Origin: a virus
Direction: 5' to 3' (one strand)
Length of the DNA: 38,886 nucleotides
UHGV virus genome: UHGV-0147235
Positions 26,901 through 36,449 of this stretch are shown here, piece after piece (position 1 is the first letter of the stretch; each line of letters starts with the position of its first letter). The notes under the pieces are model-generated. The model had not been told where the DNA came from and did no database searches. It saw nothing but the letters and a program-made list of their open reading frames with translations. Position numbers and translations under genes: made by a program.

Positions 26901-29892
26901 AGAATTAAATAGAAAAATAAAAGAAATTGAAGATAAAAAAAATAATGGTGGTAAGTTATCAGATAAAGAGATTAGAGAATTACAATCATTGTATAAGCAA
27001 AGAGAAGAAATAGCAGTTAAAGCATTAACAAATGGTGAAAAAGAACAAAAACGTGTTTTAGCTCGAATATCAATTAATCGTAAAGCTGCATCAATCGCAG
27101 AAGCTTCTGAAATTGTCAAAGAGGCGAATAAAGCACGTGATGATGCGAAAAAAGATGCAAAGAAACGCTATGATGATAAAATTGACGAAATTAATTCAAT
27201 GATTGGATTATCTCAAAAAGAAAGAGAAAAATTATTAGATGAAGCCAAAAAGAAATACGATAAGGATAAAAAATTAGCAGATGAAAATCATGAAAGTGTC
27301 ATGAGAAATCTGAAAAAATCTAATAAAAATATTGAAGCGGAAATCGATTTATCAAATGGTAAAGTTTATAATGGTTTTCAAAAATGGTGGCATAATATTA
27401 AAGAAGGCCATTTTAGTTTATCAAAGCATATAAAAAAATCTTGGTATAATCTTGTACAGGGTATTTTTGGTGCAATTGATAGTTTGAAAGGAATAGGTAA
27501 TAAGATAGGGCAACCATTTTCTAAAGCTAAAGACTTTATTGTAAGTTCATCTAAAGACATATATCATGGTGTGACACATTGGTTTGAAAATACTAAAAAT
27601 AGCATTGGAAATAAAATCAGTGATATGAAAGAACATGCTAGTAAAAAATGGGGAGCAATTTCTAATGATGCATCTCATAATGCTCATTTGATTTATAGTG
27701 GCACTTCAAAATGGATGAATAAAGCATTTAGTAGTATGAATGGTTGGCTAAGTGACATGAAAAACAGTGCATTAAAAAAATGGGATGCGATATCTAGTGT
27801 AGCATGGTCAAATGCAAAAAGTGTATGGCGTGGTACTTCAAAGTGGTTTGGTGATGCATATAGTAGCTTAAAAAGTTGGGTAGGCGACATGTATGAATCG
27901 GCCTTTGATAAATTTGATAGTATCTCAAGTACAGCATGGTCAAATGCAAAATCCGTATATAACGGTTTTAAAACTTGGTTAAGTAATACACTAGATTGGA
28001 TTAAAGAAATCGGTGGAGAAATGGCAGATGCTGCAGCTGATTTAGGTAAATCTGTTGCAAATAAAGCAATCGGTGGACTTAATAGTATGATTGGCGGTAT
28101 CAATAGCATTTCTAAAGCTATTACTGATAAAGACTTAATTAAACCTATACCAACACTTTCAACTGGTACAATGGCTAGTGCGTCTGTTTCAACTGATTCG
28201 AATGGTGGCTTAACTGCACCAACTTTAGCAATTGTTAATGATCGTGGCGTGGGTAATGCTCCAGGTGGGGGTGTACAAGAGATTATACACAGAGCAAATG
28301 GAACACTTGAAGCGCCACAAGGGAGAAATGTGCTTGTTTCTCTAGGTGTTGGGGATAGCGTCATTAATGCGAATGATACACAACGTTATCAACGTATGGG
28401 AGTAATACCGAGTTTTTCAACTGGTACTAAGAAAAAAGACTGGTTAGAAAATATGATGTCTTCAATCGGTAAATTCGGTAGCAAAGCTAAAGATACATTC
28501 CATAATATCAAAACTGGTGCAAAAGATATGATAAAAGCAGCAGGCGATAAAATTAAATATGGGGCATCATGGCTAAGTGAAAAAGTTGGAGATGTTTGGG
28601 ACTATATTGAAAATCCAGGGAAGTTAGTATCTAAAGTTATGGATAGCTTAGGTATTAGTTTTGGCGAAGGTAACCATGCCACTATCAAAATGGCTAAAGG
28701 TGCATTCAATATTCTCAAAACTAAATTAATAGATAAAGTTAAATCTTGGTTTGAAGAGTTCGGTGGTGGCGACGGTTCATATTTATTCAATTATCCAATT
28801 TGGCAACGTTTCGGTAGTTATACTGGTGGCTTAGGATTTAATGGTGGCCGTCACTATGGTATGGACTTTGGTATGCCAGCTGGTACAAAAGTTTACGCAG
28901 TTAAAGGCGGTACAGTAGATAATGTATGGTATGACTATGGTGGCGGTAATTCAATTCAAATTAAAACAGGGCCAGGCGAGTGGAATTGGTATATGCATTT
29001 ATCTAAACAACTTGTACGTTTAGGTGAACATATTAGAACTGGACAATTGATTGCAGAATCGGGGGCAACTGGTGCATTTTGTAAAGGTGCTCACTTACAC
29101 TTCCAATTAATGCGCGGAGACCATCCTGGAAACGATACAGCAATTGATCCAGAGTCATATCTTAAATCATTGAAAGGTGCTGCAGGTGGTAATGGTGCCG
29201 ATGTTGCGAGAAGTGCCATTTTAAAAGCGCAAGCTATTTTAGGTGGGAACTATAGAAGTAGTTATATAACTGAGCAAATGATGCGAGTAGCTAAACGAGA
29301 ATCAAATTATACATCTAATGCAGTCAATGATTGGGATATGAATGCGCAAATGGGAGATCCATCAAAAGGTATGTTCCAAATGATAGGCTCGACATTTAGA
29401 ACTTATGCTAAGAGTGGATTTGGTAATATTATGAATCCAGTTGATGAAGCTATATCTGCAATGAGATATATTGTTGATAAATATGGTTGGAATGGATTTA
29501 AGCGTGCAGGAGATTATGCATATGAAAATGGTGGTTTAATTACTAAACATCAAATTGCAGAAATCGGAGAAGGCAACAAACCGGAAATGATTATCCCACT
29601 TACAAAACGCAGTCGTGCTATTAAATTAATAGAAGATGCAATGCGCATTGTTGGTATGGATACAAGTTCTAGTAATGTCACAGTAAATCAAGATAATTCA
29701 ACAGTTGAAAAATTATTAAATCATATTGCGATATTAACTGATACTGGTAATAAATTAACAAGAATGTTAATAGAAACGGTTAAATCTAATCAACAAAATA
29801 ACAGCTTAGACAATGTTGAACAAACATTATCAAAAATAAGTGCAACACGTGCATTAGCACTTAATTACATGGAAGGGGGACTTGATATTTAA
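23944..29892 (+). CDS. Tape measure protein (1982 aa) with C-terminal M23 peptidase and SLT lytic transglycosylase domains
   Basis: Long coiled-coil N-terminus and Gly-rich TM segments. M23 motifs GRHYGMDFG...HLHFQL. SLT motif RESNYTSNAVNDWD...MFQMIGSTF. Confidence 0.9.
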   Translation: MDEKLQGLTLEMSLDAIGVQEGMKGLKRQLGVVNSEMKANLSAFDNSEKSMEKYEATLKGLNEKLKVQNQMFVQSKNDLSRLNADYQNAVSRVKDVERAYEKLVETNKKNKLAYDQSTNAMKESNAELKKSEAQFARTVKRKDEAWQKLKQLRQAEKDLKESNEATTAQLNRANNAIQKQVEKHKELVAKYKEEESQVKKLRQENRELLSSHEKVTKNYQTSNKELKETGEEFKQLNTTIKNHNKLLASAERNVNNELSALNKLERQVNKTKSEMNDFNREQVIANSSFTKVAEHADKLSNKFGAISDKMKSTGKTMSVGITAPVVAGFGAAIKTSADFEAQMSKVGAIAQVSSSDLKAMTNEAVDLGAKTSKSASEVAKGMQELASLGFDAKQTMEAMPGVISASEASGAELATTAQVMASSINAFGLKASDATHVADLLATAANDSAADINYMGDALKYAGTPAKALGVTLEDTSAAIEVMSNSGLDGSQAGTALRASFIKLASPSKEASTLMQQLGVHLMDAKGHFVGMPQLISQFQNGLKGMSKEQKLAAISTVVGSEAASGFLSLIDAGQSKIDKYSNALKNSDGASKKASDQMKNNLKGSVEQLKGAFESLGIKIGNDLAPAIRKGADWLSNFVDKFSSMPGFARKGVIALGLFAGAIGPIILAGGILAGVISKAVKGYRDLNKTMAINSAEAAINAKAIDVASNSIGKTGKVAKNSKGHMSELGDAVGNLSTGFGGLGKKVPGVGGKFGKFGSLLGGLISRFGSLGNVSKLAIGAIGKLTLPLTIITTVFTIAYQKLGWFKQGIHDLGRLWNETAGSLDFSWIGKFTKGIGTAWDKTKEFSAKLLELTPMFKMLKVSFDGIHKGVAKATDKVDVFGKGVSKETKSALGSFVNYSEKSSKILDKMRINHGEITQKESQELTNLNKKMSDDLIDQMNKRKDKELKIAHDVLDKSTAISEEDKKRLLKKTEERNEIAIKKTQELNRKIKEIEDKKNNGGKLSDKEIRELQSLYKQREEIAVKALTNGEKEQKRVLARISINRKAASIAEASEIVKEANKARDDAKKDAKKRYDDKIDEINSMIGLSQKEREKLLDEAKKKYDKDKKLADENHESVMRNLKKSNKNIEAEIDLSNGKVYNGFQKWWHNIKEGHFSLSKHIKKSWYNLVQGIFGAIDSLKGIGNKIGQPFSKAKDFIVSSSKDIYHGVTHWFENTKNSIGNKISDMKEHASKKWGAISNDASHNAHLIYSGTSKWMNKAFSSMNGWLSDMKNSALKKWDAISSVAWSNAKSVWRGTSKWFGDAYSSLKSWVGDMYESAFDKFDSISSTAWSNAKSVYNGFKTWLSNTLDWIKEIGGEMADAAADLGKSVANKAIGGLNSMIGGINSISKAITDKDLIKPIPTLSTGTMASASVSTDSNGGLTAPTLAIVNDRGVGNAPGGGVQEIIHRANGTLEAPQGRNVLVSLGVGDSVINANDTQRYQRMGVIPSFSTGTKKKDWLENMMSSIGKFGSKAKDTFHNIKTGAKDMIKAAGDKIKYGASWLSEKVGDVWDYIENPGKLVSKVMDSLGISFGEGNHATIKMAKGAFNILKTKLIDKVKSWFEEFGGGDGSYLFNYPIWQRFGSYTGGLGFNGGRHYGMDFGMPAGTKVYAVKGGTVDNVWYDYGGGNSIQIKTGPGEWNWYMHLSKQLVRLGEHIRTGQLIAESGATGAFCKGAHLHFQLMRGDHPGNDTAIDPESYLKSLKGAAGGNGADVARSAILKAQAILGGNYRSSYITEQMMRVAKRESNYTSNAVNDWDMNAQMGDPSKGMFQMIGSTFRTYAKSGFGNIMNPVDEAISAMRYIVDKYGWNGFKRAGDYAYENGGLITKHQIAEIGEGNKPEMIIPLTKRSRAIKLIEDAMRIVGMDTSSSNVTVNQDNSTVEKLLNHIAILTDTGNKLTRMLIETVKSNQQNNSLDNVEQTLSKISATRALALNYMEGGLDI

Positions 29893-30719
29893 TGAATGAA
29901 ACATGGGTTAAAATCATTGAAGATGGTATCGAATACGATATAGATGAATTTGCTGGATTAATGTTTTTAGATGCTAAAGCAAGCTATCCTTCCGAAAATG
30001 AAAATAATGTGTCTATCAATGGTATAGATGGTGTTTTACCAGGGGCGATTAGTTTCGCTCCTTTTAATTTAGTATTACGTTTTGGCTATGATGGAATAGA
30101 TGCTAGAGAAATTGATTTGTTTGAACATCACTTTAGAAGTATCTTTCATAGAAGAAAACCATATGCAATTGTTACATCTCAAATGCCAGGTATTAAGTAT
30201 TCAATTAGTGGAGCCTCTATACAACCTACAGTAAAAGATTTTTGTTCTTTAGAATTAGAAGTTACTTTAAAAGTATATAAAGGTTATTCAGAATCAGTAA
30301 ATACAACTGGAAAAGACTTTGTATTTAATTCTGAATGGATGCTTGAAAATGGATTACCTTTAAACCACAAACCAAAGTATCATTTTAAAACAAGAAGTTT
30401 TCAAGTTTGGAATGGTTCAACAGATACAGTAGATCCTAGAATGCGTCATAAGTTAAAAATATTGATACAAATTAATGCAGTCGGTGGTTTCCAACTAGTT
30501 AATACTACTACAGAGGATAAATTTAAATATAATAAAACAATCGAATATCGTTCGAAATTCATGTTAAATGACGTATATGCATATAAAGATAATCAAAGAG
30601 TTGGGATAGATACGAATAGAGGTATCATTACGCTTGCGCCGGGAATGAATAATTTCGAAATACTTGGAGACGTAAAAGATGTAGATATCATTTTTGAATT
30701 TCCATTTATTTATAGATAG
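29892..30719 (+). CDS. Distal tail protein (Dit)
   Basis: Position immediately after the tape measure gene; 275 aa. Confidence 0.6.
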   Translation: MNETWVKIIEDGIEYDIDEFAGLMFLDAKASYPSENENNVSINGIDGVLPGAISFAPFNLVLRFGYDGIDAREIDLFEHHFRSIFHRRKPYAIVTSQMPGIKYSISGASIQPTVKDFCSLELEVTLKVYKGYSESVNTTGKDFVFNSEWMLENGLPLNHKPKYHFKTRSFQVWNGSTDTVDPRMRHKLKILIQINAVGGFQLVNTTTEDKFKYNKTIEYRSKFMLNDVYAYKDNQRVGIDTNRGIITLAPGMNNFEILGDVKDVDIIFEFPFIYR

Positions 30720-30729
30720 GGTGATTTAA

Positions 30730-31890
30730 ATGGATAAACATAAGCACATATCAATTATGAATTTTGAACAAACGATATGCGAAAACTTGATTGAAATAGA
30801 TTATAGTACCTTTAAAGATACGTATGAATTAAACAATGCTCGGATGATTACATTTACAGCATACCGAACGAATGCTAATCGATTTGTATTTGACTTACTT
30901 GTGAATGAAAATTTTGTCATTTATAAAGGCGAGAAATTCATTATTAAGAATGCAGTTTCTAAAGTCGAAGGGCAAAAAGTATCAATGGACATCACTGCTT
31001 ATCATGTAATGTTTGAATTTCAAAATCACTTCGTGGAACAACTTGATGACGATAGTAGTGATAAAAAGAAAAAAGAATATACATTATCACAGTATCTTGA
31101 GTATGGTTTTAAAAATCAAAAGACAAACGTGAAGTACACATATAAATTATTTGGTGACTTCAGTAAAAAAATAATGGTTGATAATATAGGCGGTAAAAAT
31201 GGAATTGAGTTTATCAAAGAAGCTATTGATTTATTCAAATGTATTATCTATCCAATCGATACTGAAATAGGTTTTTATACTCCTGAAAATTTCTATAAAC
31301 GAAGTGAAGAGATTATTAGATATAAATATAATACTGATAATGTCGTCGCTACTATTAGCACAGTAGAATTACGAACTGCAGTTAAAGCATATGGCAAACG
31401 ACGAGATAACGACAAAAAGAAAAAGTATGAAGCTATGATTGAATATGTGTCACCACAAGCTAAAATATATGGTAAACGATATGCAAGTCCAATCAATAAT
31501 GATGATATTACAAGTGAAACAGAACTAAAAAAATGGGCTGAATCACAACTACAAGATAAGCCAAAAACAGAATTAACAGTTAACTATATTAGTTATAAAC
31601 ATTTATCGCCTAGAGATACGGTTTTCTTTATTCATGAATTAATGAACTATAATACTGAACTTAAAATCATCAAGTTAGAACGGGGACATCCATTTGTACA
31701 AACGATTGACATTTTAACATTTAGTAATGAATTAGAGGATATGGTTAAAATTCAACAATCATTGAATAAAAAACTAAAGGCTCAAGATAATAAATTCGAT
31801 TATAAATTGAAAGAGTTTAATCATTCAGTATCTAAAAATATGAAAGAACTCATTCATGTGGGCGAAGCGGTAGGAAGTGTATTAGAATGA
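30730..31890 (+). CDS. Tail-associated protein (Tal N-terminal-domain-like / phage tail endopeptidase family)
   Basis: Position after Dit. No enzymatic motif found in the 386 aa. Confidence 0.45.
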   Translation: MDKHKHISIMNFEQTICENLIEIDYSTFKDTYELNNARMITFTAYRTNANRFVFDLLVNENFVIYKGEKFIIKNAVSKVEGQKVSMDITAYHVMFEFQNHFVEQLDDDSSDKKKKEYTLSQYLEYGFKNQKTNVKYTYKLFGDFSKKIMVDNIGGKNGIEFIKEAIDLFKCIIYPIDTEIGFYTPENFYKRSEEIIRYKYNTDNVVATISTVELRTAVKAYGKRRDNDKKKKYEAMIEYVSPQAKIYGKRYASPINNDDITSETELKKWAESQLQDKPKTELTVNYISYKHLSPRDTVFFIHELMNYNTELKIIKLERGHPFVQTIDILTFSNELEDMVKIQQSLNKKLKAQDNKFDYKLKEFNHSVSKNMKELIHVGEAVGSVLE

Positions 31891-32105
31891 CGGAAATCAG
31901 ACCACTTTATTTTGAAGATGAACATATATATCCACAAACACACGTGCAAGCGATTGTAGGATTAAATAATGCTACAACCGAAAAGAATGGGCTATTATCC
32001 AAAGAAGATAAACAAAAACTAGATAAATTAAACGTAACAGACTCTAACAAATTAGGGTCTGTTTTTTATAAGGAGGTGACCTTAAGTGCCGATAACGAGC
32101 ATTAG
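31887..32105 (+). CDS. Tail fibre repeat-containing small protein
   Basis: Carries the motif NGLLSKEDKQKLDKL, resembling the phage tail-fibre repeat. Confidence 0.5.
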   Translation: MTEIRPLYFEDEHIYPQTHVQAIVGLNNATTEKNGLLSKEDKQKLDKLNVTDSNKLGSVFYKEVTLSADNEH

Positions 32106-32667
32106 AACTCTTACTGTAAACAATGAAGAAGTATATGCTAGGACTCATATACAAGGAGTGGATGGATTAGCAAATTCAACCGAAAATAAAGACGGTTTAA
32201 TGTCAAAGGAAGATAAACAGAAATTAAATAGACTACAAGAATTTGATATATCCAAATTAAATGAAGCGACTAAAATAAGTCCCGGTTTAATGAGTATGGA
32301 AGATAAACAAAAGCTGGATAGTATTGATAAACATAATCAAATAATTAATAGGAATGTGAACGTTTATCCAAATAAAACACAAATAGTTAATTTAAATAAA
32401 AATTTAACATCTTGTTTAAACGGAATTATCTTAGTATGGCGTTTAGATGATATAGATGATTTATATCATTATCAATACGTACCTAAATACCATAACAATC
32501 ATCCTAATACTTATATTACAGAAGTCATCCCTTATAGAAATCAAAGTAATAAACTCGACTACTGTATAAAATTAGTAAGAGTATCTAATACACAAGTTGT
32601 AGGTGCAGCAAGTAATCAATTAGCACCATCTAATCATATTCGATTGCATGAAATTTTGGAGTATTAG
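32086..32667 (+). CDS. Tail fibre repeat-containing protein
   Basis: GTG start with AGGAGGTG 7 nt upstream. Two further copies of the motif: DGLMSKEDKQKLNRL and PGLMSMEDKQKLDSI. Confidence 0.55.
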   Translation: MPITSIRTLTVNNEEVYARTHIQGVDGLANSTENKDGLMSKEDKQKLNRLQEFDISKLNEATKISPGLMSMEDKQKLDSIDKHNQIINRNVNVYPNKTQIVNLNKNLTSCLNGIILVWRLDDIDDLYHYQYVPKYHNNHPNTYITEVIPYRNQSNKLDYCIKLVRVSNTQVVGAASNQLAPSNHIRLHEILEY

Positions 32668-32677
32668 GAGGTAGAAC

Positions 32678-33706
32678 ATGGGGTTAATAACAACAAACTT
32701 AAGTAATCAAGCAGGAGCGGAGTTTAGACGACAACTCATTGAAAACTTCAAAGAAATTGAAGATTTTATGGGCGATTACAAAACTGGAGAAGCGGAAAAG
32801 AAAATCTCTAGTCTAGTTAAAAAATATGAAGATGAATTATTTAAAGAAGTCAGAGCAATCGTAATGCCGGAAGAGTCACCACTTGAAGTGACTAAAGAAG
32901 TCGTTGATAGCAAAACGGATTTAAAAGGCGTTAAACATGGTTCATTATCGGAACGTATTAGAAATGATTTAGAACAACTTAAAAAAGACCAAGTTGAAAA
33001 TAATCCACTACACAATACAGTAGTGACTAAAAATGGAACGGTCGTTTATGACTATTCTAAAAAATCACAAACACTATCTGATATTAAAAACATTTATTGT
33101 ATAGGCGATTCAGTTGCTAGAGGTTTACATGCTAGTAAAAACTTTGGACAATTTTTAGCGGAAAAATTAAATGCTAATTTAAACAATTTAGCAGTATCGG
33201 GTGCAACATTCTCTAAAGCAAGTGATAATAGTATATTCGACCAGGCCTTAAAAGTTAAAGACGCAGACTTAGTTATCGTACAAGGTACTGATGATGATTG
33301 GTTAAAAAATGATGGTATTGAACTTGGCATAGATAAAACTGATATTAGAACATTTTTAGGTGCATTTTACCAAATTATAAAAGTGATTAGAGCACAGAAT
33401 AAAGATGCAAAAATTGTATGTATGACTGCAACACGTCAATTACCAGTCAACGGTACTTACATTAGAAGAAAAGATACAGATAGAAATAGATTAAATTTAA
33501 GCTTAGAAGACTATGTTAATGCTCAAGTGTTAGCATGTACTGAATTAGATGTACCTATTTTTGATGCATATCATACAGATATTATAAATCCATATAATCC
33601 AGGATTTAGAAAAAAATATATGATAGACGGCTTACATCCTAATGAGTTGATACATGAAGTGATTAGTTATGAATTACTTAAAAATTATTACTATTTCTAT
33701 GGTTAA
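32678..33706 (+). CDS. Tail-associated SGNH/GDSL hydrolase (esterase or deacetylase)
   Basis: Block I IYCIGDSVARG, block V DGLHPNELIHEV (Asp/His of the triad), GATFSK block. Confidence 0.7.
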   Translation: MGLITTNLSNQAGAEFRRQLIENFKEIEDFMGDYKTGEAEKKISSLVKKYEDELFKEVRAIVMPEESPLEVTKEVVDSKTDLKGVKHGSLSERIRNDLEQLKKDQVENNPLHNTVVTKNGTVVYDYSKKSQTLSDIKNIYCIGDSVARGLHASKNFGQFLAEKLNANLNNLAVSGATFSKASDNSIFDQALKVKDADLVIVQGTDDDWLKNDGIELGIDKTDIRTFLGAFYQIIKVIRAQNKDAKIVCMTATRQLPVNGTYIRRKDTDRNRLNLSLEDYVNAQVLACTELDVPIFDAYHTDIINPYNPGFRKKYMIDGLHPNELIHEVISYELLKNYYYFYG

Positions 33707-33723
33707 GAAAGGGATGATATTAG

Positions 33724-35001
33724 ATGGCAAATCAAGATTTATTCTTTGATATAACAAAGCAAGGTACAGAACAAGAAAAGCAACAATATATCATTAGTCG
33801 TGTCGGTGATGGTGGTTTAAAAGCAATTACAATTACTGTTTATTCAAATGGTCGTCCATATAACATTACTGATTTAACTCCAGTTTTCGAAGGTGTTAAA
33901 CCTGATGGAGAACGTATTATTGACACAACAGGTGGTTTAGTATTAGATCCACGTAATGGTGTGTTTAGATACATTCTTCCACAACAAGCAAGTACTGCAG
34001 AAGGTGATTACCAACAAGCATTCTTTAAATTAAAACGTGGAGAACAAACAGATTCATCATTAGAAGTACGTATTAGAGTATTAAAAAACAAAGTAGAGTT
34101 TGGTATTAATTCAGAAAGTTATTTTACTGAATATCAAAAGGAATTAGAACGATTAAGAACAACTGTAAATACTGGTATTGAAGAATTAAAACATACTGCA
34201 GAAGCGACTGAAGTTAAAATTAATAGTGAGGTAGAAACAGCCAAAGCATTAGACACTCAATTAAAAGCACTACAGTCAGCAATAAATAGTAATCAGTTAG
34301 CGACTAGAGAAGATTTAACTTCTCAAATTAAACCATTAAGCGATCAAGTTGTGGCATTTACAAATTCACTTGAAACTACAAAAGATACTGTAAATACAAA
34401 TGTACAAAAATTAGTAGATACTAAAATGGATGCAGGAGTAGCACCTGGAGTATTAAGTAATCCTGCGAATATTACTAAGTCTGGAAATTATTACTATAAT
34501 AGTAGCACTCAAGGTTTACCTACATTAAATGGAAGTAACGCGAATGGAATTATTCAAGCAGTTATGCGTGATGAGAATAATGGTATGTTATCTATTTTAG
34601 GTACTGGTTTAACAAGAGAAAAATATAAAGGTAAATTATACGATAGATGGAAATCTTCTACACCAGTATTGCTGTGGAGCGGTAGAGCTTCAAGTGGCGA
34701 TACTGTCCAATTGAAAGATGATGTTCACAATTACGGGCAACTTATTATCAACGTTACATTTACAAGTAATAGACATGCTACACACTTTGTGACTGTACCG
34801 AATAATGGAGAAACTTTATATTTAAATAATATCGGATTAAGATCTTCGGGGAATGGTTATAAAAATGGTTACCTAGATGAATTATCTATTTTATTTAAAG
34901 ATAACAATCGTATTCAAGTGGTTAAGTCATTACTTGCTACTGATGGAGAACAAGCGATTAATTCAGATACAGCAATTACAGCAATATATGGAATTTATTA
35001 A
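33724..35001 (+). CDS. Receptor-binding / baseplate upper protein (BppU-like N-terminus, coiled-coil stalk, C-terminal beta domain)
   Basis: N-terminal MANQDLFFDITKQG...GGLKAITITVYSNGRPYNITD, central coiled coil, last structural gene before the holin. Confidence 0.6.
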   Translation: MANQDLFFDITKQGTEQEKQQYIISRVGDGGLKAITITVYSNGRPYNITDLTPVFEGVKPDGERIIDTTGGLVLDPRNGVFRYILPQQASTAEGDYQQAFFKLKRGEQTDSSLEVRIRVLKNKVEFGINSESYFTEYQKELERLRTTVNTGIEELKHTAEATEVKINSEVETAKALDTQLKALQSAINSNQLATREDLTSQIKPLSDQVVAFTNSLETTKDTVNTNVQKLVDTKMDAGVAPGVLSNPANITKSGNYYYNSSTQGLPTLNGSNANGIIQAVMRDENNGMLSILGTGLTREKYKGKLYDRWKSSTPVLLWSGRASSGDTVQLKDDVHNYGQLIINVTFTSNRHATHFVTVPNNGETLYLNNIGLRSSGNGYKNGYLDELSILFKDNNRIQVVKSLLATDGEQAINSDTAITAIYGIY

Positions 35002-35004
35002 TCT

Positions 35005-35031
35005 CTACCTATTTAAATAGGTAGTTTTTTT
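35005..35031 (+). terminator. Rho-independent terminator
   Basis: CTACCTATTTAAATAGGTAG followed by TTTTTTT. Confidence 0.7.
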
Positions 35032-35054
35032 AATACTAGGAGGAATTTATTAAA

Positions 35055-35447
35055 ATGGCAGAAATGGCAGATAAATATAATATTGAAGTAGACGACTTTA
35101 TGAGTCTTATCTATTCGGGTAATAAGGTGTTTGTTTATATTTTATTATTACTTATTTTTGTAGATGTAGTTACTGGAATGATTACTGCATTTAGTGAAGG
35201 TAAATTAATGAGCAAGAAAGCAATGTTAGGGTATGTTAAGAAAATCGCATTTTTATGCGTCATCATTGTATCCAATACATTAGATATTATTTTCCAATTA
35301 CATGGCTTACTTGTTAATGCGACAGTAATGTTCTTTATTATTGGAGAAGCAACAAGCATTGTAGAAAATTCAGTGAAGTTGGGCGTACCAATTCCTGAAC
35401 AACTTAAAAACAGATTAAATATTACTGAAGAAACTAACAAAAACTAA
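35055..35447 (+). CDS. Holin
   Basis: 130 aa with 2-3 TM helices (VFVYILLLLIFVDVVTGMITAF, IAFLCVIIVSNTLDIIF) and a charged C-terminus, immediately upstream of the endolysin. Confidence 0.8.
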   Translation: MAEMADKYNIEVDDFMSLIYSGNKVFVYILLLLIFVDVVTGMITAFSEGKLMSKKAMLGYVKKIAFLCVIIVSNTLDIIFQLHGLLVNATVMFFIIGEATSIVENSVKLGVPIPEQLKNRLNITEETNKN

Positions 35448-35493
35448 GGAGTGGCTTATATAGTCACTTCTTTTTATTTAGGAGCGATAAATT

Positions 35494-36411
35494 ATGGCAA
35501 AAGAATTTTTAGAAAATTGGAACGGTGTACCTGTATATTTAGATTTAATTCCTTATGGTACACGTCGTACTGGACAAAAATTAGATACTGGAAGTCCTAT
35601 CTTCGCAGTATATCACGATACTGGTAATCCAGGCAGTACAGCACAACAAAACGTGGACTATTATAAAAATACTTACATGGAACCGTGGGCATCAACAGCT
35701 TCAGCGCACTTCTTTGTAGATGATAAAGAATGTATTATTAATGTACCAATTGATGAGAAAGCATGGCATGTTTTATATGATACGCCTACTGATAATTATT
35801 ACTTTGGAGATGATGCAAACGATGCTGCGTTTGGGGGCGAGTTATGTTACTTCCCTGATGATAGAGAGCGTTCATTAACTGCATTAGATAATTTCGCAAG
35901 AGTCTGTGCAGTATTATTTGAGTCTTGGGATATCGACCACTTCCATAAGTGTCCAGGTCATCAAGATATTCAAGATGACAAGCAAGATCCAGGTAATGCA
36001 CTTGAAGCGTGTGGCTATGGTAGACATGAGATTGATGTCATTGATAACTTAGTACAAAAATATATGGATGGTACAGATGTAGATAAAGATACAATTACAG
36101 ATTTACCTGAAAAAGATGATGTTATTGAGAAAAAACCAGTGGGATGTACACGTGTTAAAGTATGGTCTGAAGAACCTTATTATAGAGGAACAATTAAATA
36201 TGATGCATCATTACGTGAACGTGCTGGTAGTAGCTTTGATAACTATAGTTTTGCAAGTGAAAAAGATGTACTTGAAGCGGGTTCCACAGTATACATTTAT
36301 GAAGAAATTCAAGATCCACAAGGTAACATTTGGTGTAGAACATATTCACCAAGTAACAATGGCTGGGTGCATAAGCACACTATTGAAGTAGAAGAAACTT
36401 ATAAAAAGTAG
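35494..36411 (+). CDS. Endolysin: N-acetylmuramoyl-L-alanine amidase (Amidase_2/PGRP-like) with C-terminal SH3b-like wall-binding domain
   Basis: N-terminal amidase-like region (YHDTGNPGS...AHFFVDD...AWHV) and C-terminal SH3-like domain (YRGTIKYDASLRERAG...GNIWCRTYSP). Confidence 0.8.
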   Translation: MAKEFLENWNGVPVYLDLIPYGTRRTGQKLDTGSPIFAVYHDTGNPGSTAQQNVDYYKNTYMEPWASTASAHFFVDDKECIINVPIDEKAWHVLYDTPTDNYYFGDDANDAAFGGELCYFPDDRERSLTALDNFARVCAVLFESWDIDHFHKCPGHQDIQDDKQDPGNALEACGYGRHEIDVIDNLVQKYMDGTDVDKDTITDLPEKDDVIEKKPVGCTRVKVWSEEPYYRGTIKYDASLRERAGSSFDNYSFASEKDVLEAGSTVYIYEEIQDPQGNIWCRTYSPSNNGWVHKHTIEVEETYKK

Positions 36412-36417
36412 AATAGA

Positions 36418-36449
36418 AGGGTAGCCAGTTTTTTTAGCTACCCTTTTTT
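36418..36449 (+). terminator. Rho-independent terminator after the lysis cassette
   Basis: AGGGTAGC (36418-25) pairs with GCTACCCT (36437-44), then TTTTTT. Confidence 0.75.

Noticed and set aside
24288-28790. Nine minus-strand ORFs (60-223 aa) inside the tape measure gene
   Set aside because: They are antisense shadows of a long, compositionally biased coding region. Their translations are low-complexity (S/A/L/P-rich) and they have no SD or promoters.
31293-31496. Minus-strand 67-aa ORF
   Set aside because: Antisense to the Tal-like gene.
32776-33330. Minus-strand ORFs 32776-33015 and 33094-33330
   Set aside because: Antisense to the SGNH hydrolase gene.
35135-35440. Minus-strand 101-aa ORF
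   Set aside because: Antisense to the holin gene.
35786-36391. Minus-strand ORF 35786-36001 and alternate-frame plus-strand ORF 36116-36391
   Set aside because: Both lie inside the endolysin coding sequence, whose main frame has clear amidase and SH3b motifs. They have no SD.
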